Source: Paramecium tetraurelia (Eukaryota). Taken from it: a stretch of 64,000 nucleotides of DNA. Positions 38,495-54,229 of this stretch are shown piece by piece. Made by a program: the position numbers and the translations under genes. Below the pieces are notes generated by a model. The model was not told the DNA's origin. It worked only from the letters and a program-made list of their open reading frames with translations, and did not search any database. The DNA lies in the NCBI GenBank assembly GCA_000165425.1, contig CT868552.1:186001-250000 (forward strand), in the 5' to 3' direction. How positions within the stretch are numbered: position 1 is the stretch's first letter; each line of letters opens with the position of its first letter.

Positions 38495-41400
38495 TCATAC
38501 ATTTGATTAATCATTATTTTCATCCTCTAGGGTTTCATATTTAGTCTAAATTTGCACCTTCTCTTTGGCCTCCTCCATTTTTTTCTCTAATTGTAAATTC
38601 AGATTCTCCTTCTTTAACTTTCTTATTCTTCTATATATTTTACACAAAACACATGATCTAATATTGGATTGAATTTTTACAAAGTTATAACTACTATCAA
38701 AAATATTGCTGCTCCAATAATAAGTTCATTGAACCTATGTTTGTACCAATATAAGGAGACGTTGGGCATCCCAATTTCCGCAACATGGTAATATAATTCA
38801 TAATCATTAATGGTTAGATTGTTAAAAACTAAAACCTAAGCTCTAATAGCTATAAATAATTGAGGATGCCTTGATTATTTACTAACAACAATATTAGTTA
38901 CAATTTGATCAGAGTGGTTGAGAGCATAAAGGCCGATATCAGCCTGTTCATAATTATCTGAGTGATTTTAATGATAATTTGCATACCAATTGTATTGACA
39001 AAGTCCAATCACATGAGCATACTGAATATTACTACCCCAACTAATTGAATATTTTATTAAACTGTTCATTTCTTAAGAGAGATCACAGCCAATGCATTTC
39101 AATGGTTTGAATTTCACAGTAATAAAATCTGTATCATATGTCTCAAAAGAGTAATTTATTTAACCATCTCCTCCAATTACTAATTATCCATATGGAGCAA
39201 AATCTTGAGTTTTATATACCTGAGTTGTGAACTTATACACACTTTCATTAGATGAGAATTCAAAGAAAACAGGTCCTTGTTTAACTGGCAGAATAATATC
39301 AGTTAATTGGCCTTCTATTGTAGTCTTACTAGCAGTATAAGTTCTATTAATAAATTCATCATAATTTTGAGTAATCGATACTTTCAACTCACCTAAACAA
39401 TTATACACTTATACTGCTAACTTACCTTCATAGGGTATATATGATTCATAAAACTTCTCTAGAGAATCCATGATTTAATCATTTTAACTTGATTTCTCAT
39501 CGATCATTAACACGTCTTTGCTTACAATGCTGATTTGTAGATCAATTCGATTTAAATAGTTGTTACCGAAATAGTACAACTCTTTAAATGGTTACCTTCT
39601 AATCGGAACAATGTCTCCTTCACGATTAAATGCATATTCGACATTAATATTCTCATTTCCTTTTATCTCTAGTAAACTATGGATTTTTATAGTTAAGAGT
39701 CCTTCTAACATTGGTAAAAGGAAGGTCTATTAATTATACCTGCTAGAAATAGATGTAAGTAAAGTGAAATTGACAGGATCTGTCTCATTAGATACTTCTA
39801 TTTTGAAATACTCCGAACCTTATAATCTCACACCATATGGAACCATTTTAATCACTAATTACGGTTATTTTCTATAAGAATTTTAATGATATAAAGTAAT
39901 AACTGGTGTTTGTCTACTCAAATAAGCAAATGTAATAATTCCATCCTAGAGTAGTTAACCATTGCCAGTTGTAGACTAGGTTACTAGAACAGAATAATTC
40001 GATGCCGACTATTAGTTATTCTTAACAATAATATAGAGGTCATCATCATTATAATGACCTGCCAAGGTATGCGATCCATTTGCATAAGGAGTATAGTTAG
40101 TTTCTTCTAAGTGTTCTCTTGGAGGGATGATAGCTTAATAGTAAGAGATAGAGGAAGAAGTAGTATTCATTAATTTCTATTATTTAATTAGATTATATGG
40201 TCCATATTGGTAGAGAGAAGAGTCCAGCACAGCATTATATCCAATCCACATCTATGTATCACCAGCAAATTGATTGATTTACACCTCTATTTAGTGATCT
40301 GTGTTATAAGAGAAGTGATAGATGTTGTAATCAGTCTAGTTTTCCAGGAAATCCGTAAATGCAATATTCTATGGCAATTAAACAAAATTTAATTAAGAAG
40401 TTACTACTATCAATAAGTCTACATTGATTCCAACAGTCTTTATTTTGATGATATATGTGCACAATTCACAATATTTCTTATTGTCATTTTTATAGATGAT
40501 ATGTTAATTGTAGAATTGCCCCGCTAAAAATTATTCTTGAATAATTGTCTCTTCTTCACATTCCTTATTGAGATTGTCTAAACATCTAGATATTTAGATC
40601 ATTGAAGTGCCTTAAACTTTGATGAATTTAAAGTATAAATCATCATTGTGTTGGATGTTAAAATATTGATATTAGACTTCTTCTTGAATGTCTAGTTTAA
40701 TCCTTGTTGGTACTCCCATCATTAATTTATGGTTATTCTTGTCATTAGATATTTCCAATGATAATTAAAACTTGCTATAATCTACAATAGAATAGATTTA
40801 GATTGTAATATAAGGATTACTGGTGAGATTTAAAGCATTTAGTTTTTCTTGTAGTTGTGCTTAAGTCAACTCTAAGACATTGCCTTGGACCTCATATTCA
40901 CATTTATCCGAATCAATATGTTCTTCATCATTTAAATTTAAGCAGATCGAACCTTTGCCATAAATTTCATGTAAGATTAATTTGAATCTTGACTAGGGAG
41001 AAATATCGTTTATTTCTGAGAATATAAATTTTCTAGGCTTGAATTTATCAACTGAAATTTAAATTGCTTGTCCGCTCTTCAAGTCCATATACTGTTGAGT
41101 GACAGTGACAAAAACAGTGTCATCAAAATTAATTCTTCTATCATTCTGATATTATACATCTTGACCTTCTAATAATATTTTCAACACGCAATCAGGTTCA
41201 CAGAATTTAAACGCATTAGAATGAATACTCTTAGAATGCTAGGTTTTGTATTCTTCTTTTGCATAAAGAGAATTAGACTCCTAATCTTGAGAATCCAGGA
41301 TGTATATTTAATATCTTGTGTACCCATAATGTGAATTAATGTGTAATTAAACATCAAGTTAAGGGGAGACTACTTTGTAATATAAGAATGTTTCTTGAAA

Positions 41401-43833
41401 TAGATATTCTAAATTAAAAGTGTACTCTTATCCATCTTTAAGTTCAAGAGCAGTTTGAGGATTCCAAACGTTGAGATTGAATAAGATATCTTCATTACCA
41501 TGATTTTCAATTATTAAATAAGCTTGACAAATGGCAATTACATTAGAATTATCATCCTTGTCATCTTATGAAAGTCCATCCAAACACAAACTATTTAAGG
41601 CTGACTCTGTTAATTTAAGTGTGCTTGAATCTTCACTCTTTGCAAATTAAGAATAATTATCAGGTTTAACATCATTTTACACCGTTAAAGTTAATTTATT
41701 ATTGCTTTTACTTTATAAACTAATGTAAAATATGGTAGTATTTTTGCTGTAGTAGAAGCTGAAATACTTAGACTTCAATCCTTTTACTCTATCAACAAAT
41801 TGTTAACCTGCGTGGAGTGTTTTCACAGTTCTACTTGTTGAATAAGTGAAGGTGTACATGATTTCTTTATCTAAATATGTTTCAAACATATTCTGAATAC
41901 CAATAGTATAATTACCAGAGTTCTAATAATATTAATCTTGAGGTTAGATTGACAAATAGTTATTGGTAGTGATTAGATCGAATAATTGAAGAGATGGCAA
42001 TTGATTGCCTTTTTTCAAGGTCAAAGCTACTTGCATTCTTGAAGAATGAATAGCAAATTCAATAGTTGGCTATTCTTCATCAATAACTTCTACATTTGAA
42101 TCCACTTGATTAAAATTAATCATGACTCTAAAGTAATGAATTTTGGATTCCCCATTTGTCAATTATAATACTCCTCTGTAAGTTTCATCTTCCTTTAATA
42201 CTTTGATATTAATTTCTGCCTATTTAGTCACCTTGGCCATAAATTGAAACATAGTAGTTTCTCTAGCTGTTAGAGTAATATAATATTGAGTATGTTTCAA
42301 TTTATCACCTCTAAGAACAACTAGATGATCCACGCCTCCAAAATGTTTTGCACATTCAATTCGAACAGGGTAACAACTGCTGTCTCTACTTATCATATAG
42401 ACAATATTGTGAGTATTGACTGTGAACACCAATTCTTCATCATCGTCTGATTTTTGATATTTAAGAATGAGATGCTCTTCTTATGACTATTCCAAATAAT
42501 TGGTATAAGCAACATCAGATTTAAGAATGCGTTGGTTATTATCATTTTAAGTAGTCAACATATAGATATTCTTATTATCACTTGTTACTTCTAATTAGAA
42601 TCTACAAAATCCTTCTTAATCTTTATTTTAACAATGTGGACTAACAAATACTGCAGGTTTCAATTCATGTTTGTCAAATCTCAAATTATGATTATCTTCG
42701 TCACTAAATTAACAACCATCTTAACATTCTGCTATTCTTATAGAGTTAGAACCTTTTTCGAAATAAACTAGTTTAATTCCGACTTCCTGTTCACTTTCAA
42801 TAGTTTTGAATTAATAATTGTGTTTACCTTTGTCTTAGATTTTAGAAAATACCAACTGATTATTGTATAGTACTGGTTCATCAATCAATTTAACAACCAT
42901 TAGATATTTCAACGAACCCCCTTAACTCAAATTGATAGTGACTTCATCCCCTTCAATATCCTCTCTTCTCAAAATGATATGAAATGCTTGACCTCTCTAT
43001 TAGAATTATACTGGTTCTCGTGAACTAAAATATTCATTATCCTTCTTGTGAACCTTCAATAATGGTAACATATCTCCAAATATTTCTATTTATAAAATTT
43101 TAAATTATTTAGGCAATTTCAATTAATAAGTGTTCTCATCTCTTTCAAACAAATAATCAAATACTTCTTAATTTATCTCAATTTCTTCTTCATCTTTATA
43201 CAAATACAATTATCCATTTATTGTTGCTTCCTCTTTAAGATTCAAATCTCCACTCAAAACAGCCAATAATTTGCATTTCTCGCAATCCTTCCTATTTACT
43301 GCCACTGTTAACTAAACTTCATCTCCATAAAGTCTAGCCTTCTCTTCAAATACATCTATTTTTATTTTATCAGATTCATCATCTTCCAATTTAAATTCTC
43401 CCACCATCCTACTATATTTACTAGGTAGTTGCATAGAAATCACTTAAACAGGCTGTTTCTAATTCAAAATCAGCTCTGTACTCTTACTAGTCAATTCAAT
43501 TGCGTCATTGCTTATTACTGTAATCCTACCAACACATGGTGCACTTATGCATTTTAAATTTATATCTTCAGATTTGATCGTAAATAATGCAGTCTCATAA
43601 AATTCCATCAATTTAAAGTCCTCTTCTTTGCTTTTTAATTGAATCTCACCCAAATCACTCTTCTTTTCATCTTGTAATGGTCGAACATACATAATTAAGA
43701 AATCCTTATCCCACTTCTCAGGCAATTCAACTTGAATTGATTTACCCTATTTTACATCAAATAGAAAATCCTTCTACTTCTTAGCCTAAGCTACCATTGC
43801 ACATAGGAATATTACACAAATTCCAATCATCAT
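38495..43833 (-). CDS. Large type-I single-pass membrane protein with repeated beta-rich extracellular modules
   Basis: Signal peptide MMIGICVIFLCAMVAQA; long open frame with recurring C..C.Y.I motifs; TM ELIIGAAIFLIVV near the C-terminus; short charged tail. Confidence 0.8.
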
Positions 43834-44268
43834 AATATTAAATATTTTATTATTTATAATAGGCCAATAATTCATAATAATTGTTATTGAAATCTTAAGT
43901 GTCTAATTAATTTTTTACTGTAATTTTACTCCAAATAGATTAGATATTAGTCGAATAACTAAATTTCTATGATAAGTTGATTTTATACTACTGTTTCTAA
44001 TGATTAAAGATTTATTATAGAACATATTAAGAATTTTGAAGAAATGATATATTATTTAAATATGAATTTATACATATATATTAGATGTATTTATAAGAAT
44101 AGAAATAGATGAGATTTTAGTTAAGAATTATCAAAATCAATTTTCATTTGGAATAGTTCAGATTAAATAATGTGATTAATTTGACAGTTTTAAAATAATT
44201 AATCATACCAATTCATTCTATTTTCACTAAAGGATATTTGAATAGAGAATAACATATTTGATAATTAA

Positions 44269-45789
44269 ATGTTTTTATTTATAATTTTATATATATCTGC
44301 AGGAAAAGATAGTCATTATTTGGGATCCATAAAACACACTCTTTAACCAAATTAAACATTTGAGCATCAATTTTTTGATGTGAATCAAATTAGATCCCTT
44401 GATTTATACTTCCCTGATCCTCCATATAGGATGATTAATGATGAAGATATGAATTGCTATTGGTCTAATCAAGCCATAGGACTTAAGCCAGTTCAAACAA
44501 TTTAAATGAACATCAGCAATTCTTTAGATTCAGATATAGTTTGTTTTGATGAATGTTTCATTAGATAAGGATAAATAATCTTTACAACTAAAAATTAAAC
44601 ATTGGATCTCCAATACTAAAATTTAAAATCATTGGTATTGTCTTCAGAAGGACAAATAATTCATTATAATGAAAAAGTAATTAGTATTTTTGATACCGTC
44701 AATATGAAAATAATAAATGATAATATACCTGTTGATTTTACATAGAAATTAAGGCAAAGTATAATTAGTTAATAACACATGCCAACAAAAATAGTGTATT
44801 TATGCTTAGAAAATGGAGTATTTGCTTACAATGATGAATACTTTATCATAAATTAATATGGAACTAGATGCAAATCAATGATGTTGCAAGATGATAATTT
44901 GTTTATAGTAGCTGATGGAATATCAATTTATGATATTAATGATCCATTTGAACCTCTTCATATATATTCATTTAATATAAGTGGTCATTTCTTTGATATC
45001 TATTAGGATTATTTGGCAGTCCTGGAGTTGTTGAGTGAATAGAGAGGAAAATTGAGTTTGTTCAAATTCAATTTTCAATTTGGATTAAATTAAGTAGTAA
45101 ATATTACATAGGAATCAGAGGGCACAATACAACTAGACTCTTAAGATATTAAATTTGGATTGCTCAATAAGGATATTGCTATTATTATTAATAAGGAGTA
45201 AGTTAACTTGATAACCTTACAAACGAACTTCCATTAAAAATACAGACATAATAATGGTTTGGGATAGGCATAACATTTCTTAGATCCAGAAAATAAGATA
45301 TTTATTAGAGATTCACAAATAATTCAAGTTAGCAACAATAGTCTTAACTTTTATAATACAACAAGTCAGAGTTATAATTTGGTATGTAATGCTCCTGTTG
45401 AAAATAAATTGAGGAAACATTTGTTCTTTGGGATCATCAGAAGTGAGGAGAAATGCAGAAGTTCAAAAAATGTAGACGAACGATTCAAAGAGCTTTTGTC
45501 ACGAGAAAAGGCTGATCCAAAAATACAATGTTATTATACTTTTTAATTGAGCCTGAATATCATACCCTTGCAAACACATTGGTCTTTACAATCAAAAATT
45601 CTCTTGTGTATATTCTTATTTTTACTTATCTTGCTTATACTTCAATAATTCAAGAATCAATAAGAAAAACAAACTTTGAACAGTTTACAAAAGTTTGAAT
45701 AATTAAATAGAATCAACCTCTAGAAATAGAAAATACGAATTACTCATGAGGATGAAGAATAGAATAATAATAAAATTGACTTTTATTGA
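44269..45789 (+). CDS. Type-I membrane protein, possible beta-propeller ectodomain
   Basis: ATG 44269 (MFLFIILYISAG), start and stop in the same frame; GISIYDINDPFEP-like blade; TM ILLCIFLFLLILLIL; TGA 45787-45789. Confidence 0.75.
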
Positions 45790-46062
45790 TAATTGCATAT
45801 AATTAATTAAATCAAATATAACTCGCATGATTTCAATCTAAATTACTTAAATTATTTATATATTTCAATTACTTAATATATATACATACTAAACTAACAT
45901 AAATATCCATAACAATAAGATATAATGTAAAACATTCTTACTCACAAGAAATTTATTTAGACAGTATTTTTATAATTAAATATCAAACAAACAGGTCATA
46001 AAAAAATTTAATTTAGGGAATTTGATTCAAATAATATTTATACATATTTATACATTTAAAAA

Positions 46063-48014
46063 TCAATCCTTATTTAATTGCGAGAAAAATGAACTTATTT
46101 TTCCCATCATATTTTATTATTATTAGGGTTATTATGGTGGTTACTACTGCTATTCCTAATCTGCTGGTTAGTTCTATTCTTATTATTATTATTAAAGTTG
46201 AATCTATTTTTCTTATTAATCCTTCAACTGTTTCTATTTCTCAAAACCTTCAATTGCATTCTATTATTAAGGATATATGTTATTTTTACAAATAAATCAG
46301 AGGATATCTCTTCATTTAATTCAAAAAAGGCCATAAATTTATACATAATGTCTTTAATTGCTCCAAACTTAAAATTAAATAGAAGCATATTTTGTGCCAT
46401 TTATGTAAGGATAGTTAAGATCATATTCTTTTCTGTTTGAATCTAATCAAATAGACTAATTAAATAGATAATTAATAATACGTCAAGGACTTTTATCTTT
46501 ATTATTACTCTTTAATTTATTCATAAATTTATTAGATTATACTAGTTTCCCACAAATCTCTATTTTCCCAAACTTAAAGCTTAGAAAAGTCATTTTAAAT
46601 AAAATAACTCTATAATTTACCATTTTCAATATTTTCCTTATGGAATGTGAATGATAAATTCATCAATTATCTTGAAGTTCCAGCATCAAAAGTATCCAAA
46701 CACTAGTATAAATAAGATATAGAATACTATTTCTAATACTGAGTTAAACAGGTTAACAGCATTTTAAAATCCATTAGGTCCAAGTCTAAATTTAGAAGTT
46801 GATCTTTTATATTGCAAAGCAATGATTACTAACTTTCTCAATTGATAATCTTCTTAAATCTTTTTTTTAAATTAATTAAATATTTCTGTGTCAACTAATT
46901 CTTCTTTCCAACAGTCAGATACAATTTTGGATGCATAATAGGCATTTTCTAGTTTCTGATCTTCTGATTAGAAAGTCCCTCCCTATTCTACTAGTGAAAT
47001 GACTTCTTTAACTTTTGGATCGTTATTCAATTATAGTATTTCATCAAATTCTTTAGAGAAGAACTTTTGTAAACTGTTGCTAATAAAGGAATTCAATTGA
47101 ATCAATTCTGTTTTTTCGAAAAGAGGAGGATTCTCCAATTTCTAAGTTTAGGCGAATTTCTGAACTTCTTCTTCAGGATGTATCTCATCTGTTTTCTCAT
47201 TAATTTTGTCTAAATCATACTACACATTTTTAGAATGAGAGACTTCAAAAATCTAATTTATATATGATTTATATACAATTTATCTAATTAGAGTGTCTTT
47301 GAAGACTGTAATTCTTTTTTCTTCTTATTCTTACATCTGAGTCAGAATTGTTTGGATTCTAGTTTTAGCTGTGTCACAATTGGTATTGTAATCGGCAACT
47401 GATTGTTTATATCTTTATTCCATTTCTTATGATTCCTTTGTTACTTAGGAGACTTTTTAGTTTTAACTGAGTCTCTTCTTATCTGGATATTCTGATAGAA
47501 GATTATAGACAACCATCACGGTTGCATTTTATTCATATTCTCTCTTTCTTTGTTTGTAATCTGAAAAATACTAAATATTATTATATATTTTACTCTTTTG
47601 TGTTCAGAATTGAGAAATAAATGCTCTTTTTCTATTTTTTTGGCTTCCTCTATCAATTTCTTTGAAGAAGTATTTTATTATTAGATCAATTATTTCAATT
47701 GGACAATAAGATCTTCTTTTAATGATTAACATAATCCTTCTGCTTAACGCTATCTACTTGTACTCAGACATTTTAGACAATATATTGGGATTTTAAACAT
47801 TCTAATAATATGTGATAATGTAATACTATTGCTTATCTTCAATTTTGGTTAGATTGTTCACTAATTTTTCTAATGATTTTGCATATTTTTCTTCAATATT
47901 CACTCTTTCTTCAAAACTCTCTATAATTTCCTCAATGATTTTTCTGCCTTGTTGAGATTAATTAGCCACAAGTTAGAAATGTGAAAAAAATAAATCTGCG
48001 TAATTTGATTGCAT
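46063..48014 (-). CDS. F-BAR/FCH-domain protein with C-terminal SBF2-like helical domain
   Basis: N-terminal FEERVNIEEKYAKSLEKL (FCH pattern); C-terminal LMNLSFTFHK...VWENRDLWETSI. Confidence 0.7.
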
Positions 48015-48038
48015 TTGATTTATAAATAATAATAATTT

Positions 48039-49658
48039 TCAGAGATCTAATGCAGATTTACGGCGTCCCAGATTGGGAATAAAGTTGGAAAACACAATTT
48101 TAACTTCTTCACAGGCAATCTAATCAATATGATCAAAATCTCTATAATCATTATCAATTTCAAAAAATGCCATTTTTCTCTCTGTTTTAGTTGTTGCTTA
48201 TTTAATAAAGATCTTCTAATTTGGACTTGTTTCTCTCTCCTTTTTCTAAGGATCTACTGTATTATTTCTTTAGTCCTTCCTTTCAGTCGGGAATCTCTTG
48301 AATTTATCAATCTAGCTTATCTAATAATTATTAATCTGACTAGTTCCGAAACTCGAAATATTCTAACTGATATTCTAAAAATTATTAGATCTATTGATAC
48401 TCTGCTTTATTTATTTTTGATATCAGGTGACAAAGAATCAAGGGGTTAGTCCTTCAATGGTAAATTCAAGAATGAACTACCTTTGTGTTCTTGACCTTTA
48501 TCCTCACTACTCTTTCGAGGATCAGAGTCTACCCCTAATTGAACGGGTTTTTCTAGATATTAGGAATAATACCTATTTTTTATTTTTGTTAATTCGTCCA
48601 CAATCTAGATTTACGTTTCTTGATCTCTGGAAATCTCTCCCATTCGTATTCCAATGTAGTCTAGCCTTATTATGAATAGGTTTCCTATTGCAATTATTTC
48701 TAGAACAGTTCTTTCAGGAATTCATAATCAGGTTCACCCTAAAAGTCAAGTCCGCGGGCATAGATGAATAAATTCAAGAAACACTTAAATGATGATAATT
48801 AGGTTAAACTTTCGGCAATCCTTCGCAAAGCTTTTCCAAAGTCAATTGTTATTTAAACTCCTTAATCTTCTAATACTTCTCAGACTTTGTGGTTGTATTC
48901 AAATTCATCCATGGTAATTTCCCTTTGGCTAAATAGACTAATACGTATCCCAAACTCTCGATATCATCCTTACGCGATTATTCCTTAGCTTTAATTTCAT
49001 ACACAAATAACATCATACATAAATGAGCTGTTAAACTAGCATATCTGGCTGTTCCTATTATTCCCTTTTTATCTACCTATGGTATATGATTCCCATTTTA
49101 CTCTCTATAATACTTAGCCAATCCAAAATCAATTAAATAGATTTTGTCTACATCCTCATAACCTATACACACATTATCTGGCTTTAAATCTCTGTGAATC
49201 AAGTTCTTTGAATGCAATAATTTCAATCTATCAATCAAACTCATTCCTATTCTACACACGGTCGTCATGCTAAATTTATAATTACTCTTCCTGAAAAGAT
49301 GTTCCAAATTCTATCCTAAGTAGGTTTGCATAAAGTAATTGTAATGTTCATCCCTCCCATAAAAGACGATCTAAGGAAAACCTTTATCGATTAGAATATT
49401 ACCTTCAAATTCTTAGACCTCTATCAAAACCTTTATTTCTTTCACTAACAAACTCACTCCATTGGAATTCTCATCTCTCTTCTCGAATTTAGTTGCAAAT
49501 ATATCTCCGGTCTCCAAATTCTCCGTCTTATATATCATACCAAAACTCCCTTATCCAACCTTATCTATTAATTTGAATTTCTAAGCAATAATCTATCCAA
49601 CTGATAATTTGAATGGATTATCTGAATGCGTAGTCGCATGTTTTTATGTGGATCTCAT
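48039..49658 (-). CDS. CK1: Casein kinase 1 family kinase
   Basis: [57 protein letters not shown]. Confidence 0.95.
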
Positions 49659-50451
49659 AATTATTTTTCAATCAATTTTTATATATTTATAAATACTCAT
49701 TACAAATAAAGATATTCCTAAATTATATTATTTCTGATATTAAAACAACAGCAAATATAACCATTAATTATCCAATACAAATCATTATTTTGGATTGAAA
49801 CCAATTAAATATGAATTTAAGCAATTTCAATTAACAACAAATCGAAAATCAATCCTCAAAAATTATAATATAATGTGTTGTTTAAGTGTTTCACATGATA
49901 ATCTAGTTATGAATCCTTTGTTCATCTCTATAATATAAAAATTAATGATTTTATGTATTTAATAATACGTTATAAATAATAATTATTTGTTAGTTTTGTT
50001 CATTTTTCAGTTGGTATATCTTCATCAATTAATTATGTAAACTAAACTAACAAAGAATTTTTCAATCATTTATAACACTGTTAAGTATTATTATTAACTT
50101 AAAAGTATTATGTGAATTATTTTACCTCCTTGTCTGAATGTTCATGTAATAATTATCAAGTGATAGGTATATTATATGAGAGTGAGAATTTTATCTTATA
50201 TATGTGCTATTATAATTAAAATCGTAAATTTTATAAGTTGTAAATACTCTGAAAAAAAGAAGAAAGGAATTCCAACTGATTTATTTAAGATATCTTCAAT
50301 GCATCCATCTCATACTTGATTTAATGATTAACTAGATGTAGAGGGGTAATTGTACCTCCATAAAACCATAGAGGGATCAATATTGTTATTTGAAGGATGG
50401 TTTTTTGATTATAATGGTTTATTATTTTATATATTCATAAATATATATATA

Positions 50452-52492
50452 ATGAAAAAATGGGATGACGATTTTCGTATGAAGAGCTATGTTACTAAAA
50501 TCCAGAATGCAAAGTCAACAGTGCCAAGTAACCAAAAAAAAGCAATGAAAAGTATTTATTGGAAAACATTACAATAGAACAAATAAATAGGGATACAGAA
50601 TTCAGTAGCCATGCATCTTATAGATCTGATTTAACCGATTTAAAGGAAAGTTTGTTGTTCAAGTAAGTTAAGGATATATTAATAATAGATAGTTAGTTGA
50701 ATACAATTTATAATAATACACAAATAAATTATTCTTGAGAGGCTATATTGGAGGATTATAAACATTAGCCCAATAACCTATAGAATCACAAAATCTGGTA
50801 TTGCAAGAGATTAAATTACTACCTGGACATAAATAGAAATTTTTAGATTTGTTTAAATATTTAAACGATCATTATGATCCTCACAATTATAATGGGCAAT
50901 CCTCCTTAACTCCAATTAACAACAAATAAAACAGAAATACTATGCCTGGATAATAAAATTCTCATGGAAAATTTGAACAAACTAGAGATACCTATGTTGA
51001 AATACTGAAACCTGTTAATAGGCGTTCATCTTTAAAACACTTCTCCCCTCTCCAAGATATAGGAGTGATTAAACCTAGAGTTTTACCTAAATTAGAGAAA
51101 CGTTCTAATAATGGTAACAATGATAAAAGTCCTTAATTTAATGATACTTTATCATAATAATTAATTCTCAATTCAGAAACCATTCATGGAAGTTCATTAT
51201 CAATAACTAAAGAAATTCAAAAACCATTATCAAAAACAATTAATCCTGCTGTCGTCAAAATTAAATAACCTAAAAAGAAGAAATCTGTGATTAAGTAAAG
51301 CACTGAAAAAGATAATAAGTTGTTGAAGAAACTATAATAAATCAATTCAAAAAATAGCATTGGAACTGAAATTCATTTATAGTAAGATCAGATTTAATTG
51401 ATGTATTAATCATTTGATAATGGAAAATTAGCTTCGACCCTGATAAATATTGATATTGAAGAGATTAGCTATTGTGTAGGAATTACTCTATAAAAAATGA
51501 TTTTGATTGTTGATTTAGAGTAATAAAAATATCTCGAAAATGAAATCTAAGAAATTCAACAAGCAATCTTTAAAGAGACTGATCAATATCAGGAGATAGA
51601 ATCTAGAGGTAATATTATCCAATAATAGTTTAGATAGAGGAAGATATAGTGAGGATTGTAGAGATGAAGAAAATAATGATCAGACAGTCAATATGTCAAA
51701 GGTAGATGATACAATTTGTTAAGATTACTTAAAAGAAGCAATAATAGAGCCTGAAAGTACTGATCAATATTATGGTAACGAAGATGTTGCCACTGAATAG
51801 TTTTAGAAACTTGATCAAAGTGAATAATCAAAACTATAGACCGAGTAGGAATACATCCAAGATTAAGACTAGGATAATAAGTATATTAAATTAGATATTT
51901 TAATAGTGATTAAATTTCCAAATCATATTTTTCAGTTGATACCACTTATAATTTAGAAGATTATCTTTTGTTTAATAAAGTTTTTGTTGATAAAACTATG
52001 TCTAATTATATTCCTAATGTTGACATCATACAAAATTATTGTAAGAACATAATGACAACTACCAAAATGGAAAGGGAAGTAGCAATCATCTCAATGATTT
52101 ACATTAACAGATTGCTCACTTATAATTAGGGCTTAGAAATTAATTGCTTGAATTGGCAGAAAATTTTATTTACAGCATTGGTCATGGCATCAAAAATATG
52201 GGATGATGAGTCTTTTGAAAATAATAATTTTGCAAAGGTACTACCTCAATTTTCAACTGTATAAATAAATGAAATGGAAAGAGTTTTCTTGAAGTTCATA
52301 GAATATCATCTCTATGTTAATTCTGGAGAATATGCTAAACAATATTTCATCTTGAGAGCTTATGCTGATAAAAAACAAAGAAGTTATGCTCTAAAATAAT
52401 TAGATATCTCAACTGTTATAAGATTATAAAGAGGAGGTTAATAATAAATTTCAAAACAGTAATATTTAAATACTTAAAACAAAAGCTTTTGA
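50452..52492 (+). CDS. Cyclin Y/PHO80-like cyclin with N-terminal SAM-like domain
   Basis: C-terminal AIISMIYINRLL...NWQKILFTALVMASKIWDDESFENNNF; N-terminal LVEYNLQQYTNKL...EIKLLPGHKQKFL. Confidence 0.85.
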
Positions 52493-52868
52493 AGATTACT
52501 CTATTTTATAATTGTATATATATGTGATTTATGTGTATTTCAGGTTTCCATTTAATTTTAAACTACACTAATTCTATTCATATTAATATTTAAAAGCAAC
52601 CTTTATGGTTATCAGTCTATCCTCACTTCTCCAATGTTTAAAGTCACATATTCAAAATAATTTCAATCCATTTTATAAGATTAACTACCAATATTTCTTC
52701 ATTATTATTTATCATTCAGATTAAAAATCAGTCATATTGATCTAAGAATTCCTATATCTTTTAATTTAGTGATATGATGTAAATGAGATAAGATTTAGGG
52801 TCCATGTCATCAACTGATACTTTTATAAATTTATTGATTATTTATATTTATATATAATATCAATAATA

Positions 52869-53683
52869 ATGGATAATAGAGATTAAGTAAGCTTATTCTT
52901 ATTAATATTTTAGTCCATTTTAGTTGATGAGGAGTTTTGTGATAAGAATCTGTTTAGTCATTATCAAAAAAGAAGAACAGAAAATGCAAAATAAAATCCA
53001 AAAATTCATCTCTAAGACTATTAACTTAATACTATCAACAGATTACATATAGGATACATAGACCATCCTCACATCAAATCTAGTAAAATTATAATCCCTA
53101 ATAAATACGAGCTCAAAACATTTCAATCAATAAGCATCAATTAAAAAAGTGCAACTTGTAGAAGCCAGTCTGTTAGGAACTCGAAAAAACTAAAGAGCCT
53201 CTCAACAGAAATTCAACAGTTTTAGATTTAAAGTCCAAAAATATGTTTTTTCAGAGGCACTCAGGCTTAGGTAAACTTAAGCCGATCGTACAAAAATAAT
53301 TGCTAGTAAATCCAATCTCTTAGACATCAAGATTAACTATTAAAAAAAATACTGAAACCCCTGCTATAGAAGTAAGCAACAGTAATTACATTGAACAAAA
53401 GCCAGCGTCTTTTCGTTATAATGATCTCCAATTGAGTCAATATTTGGAAGAATTTAAATTGCTAAAGTAAGAAACTCTAACTAATGTGATTTTACCTCAT
53501 CTCTCATATAAAAGCAATAGAACCTAAAACAATCACACGTAAACAACGAACAGACAATAAACTAATAATCAATATTATAATAGTATACTTCAATAAAATA
53601 AAGTTAAATAAAGATAAACTCATATAGAATCACAAAAACAGAACCTAACTCTAAGTGGATGGAGTGATTATTCAAACAAATGA
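52869..53683 (+). CDS. Hypothetical protein
   Basis: ATG 52869, intron gtaagcttattcttattaatattttag, ends LSGWSDYSNK-TGA. Confidence 0.6.
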
Positions 53684-53805
53684 TTATTTATTTTCTATAT
53701 TATTAATTTACAGAAATAACTTTATTATTGAAGTATATCTTCATTTATAGGGAATTTATAGGTATTACAACTATTCATAAATCATTAAAAAAATAATTTA
53801 TTATT

Positions 53806-54204
53806 ATGAATCCAGCCTAAAATATCGCCTAACAATTTCTACAATAATACTATTAGACATTGATGACCAATAAAATGGCTTTGATTTAATTTTACACTGA
53901 TGCATCAATTATGACATATGGTAATTATATATTTAATTTACAATCTTTAGGCGGAGAACAATACAATGGATTAAAAGCAATCAATGAAAAATTAGAATCA
54001 TTAGCATTCCAAAAGATTGTATATAAAGTAGACGACATGGATGTTTAACCAGGAGCAGTTTAGAATTCTCTTTTCCTATTTGTTACAGGTACATTGCAAA
54101 TGGATGACTCAGACACATTTAAATTCTCTCAGAGTTTTCAAATCCTTCCAAATGGTTAAGGAGGATTATACGTACACAATGATATTTTCAGATTGGTTTA
54201 TTGA
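53806..54204 (+). CDS. NTF2: Nuclear transport factor 2
   Basis: AQQFLQQYYQTL, FYTDASIMTYGGEQ, FLFVTGTLQMD, FSQSFQILP..GGLYVHNDIFRLVY; one intron. Confidence 0.93.
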
Positions 54205-54229
54205 AATATTATTAATAAAATTATTAAAA

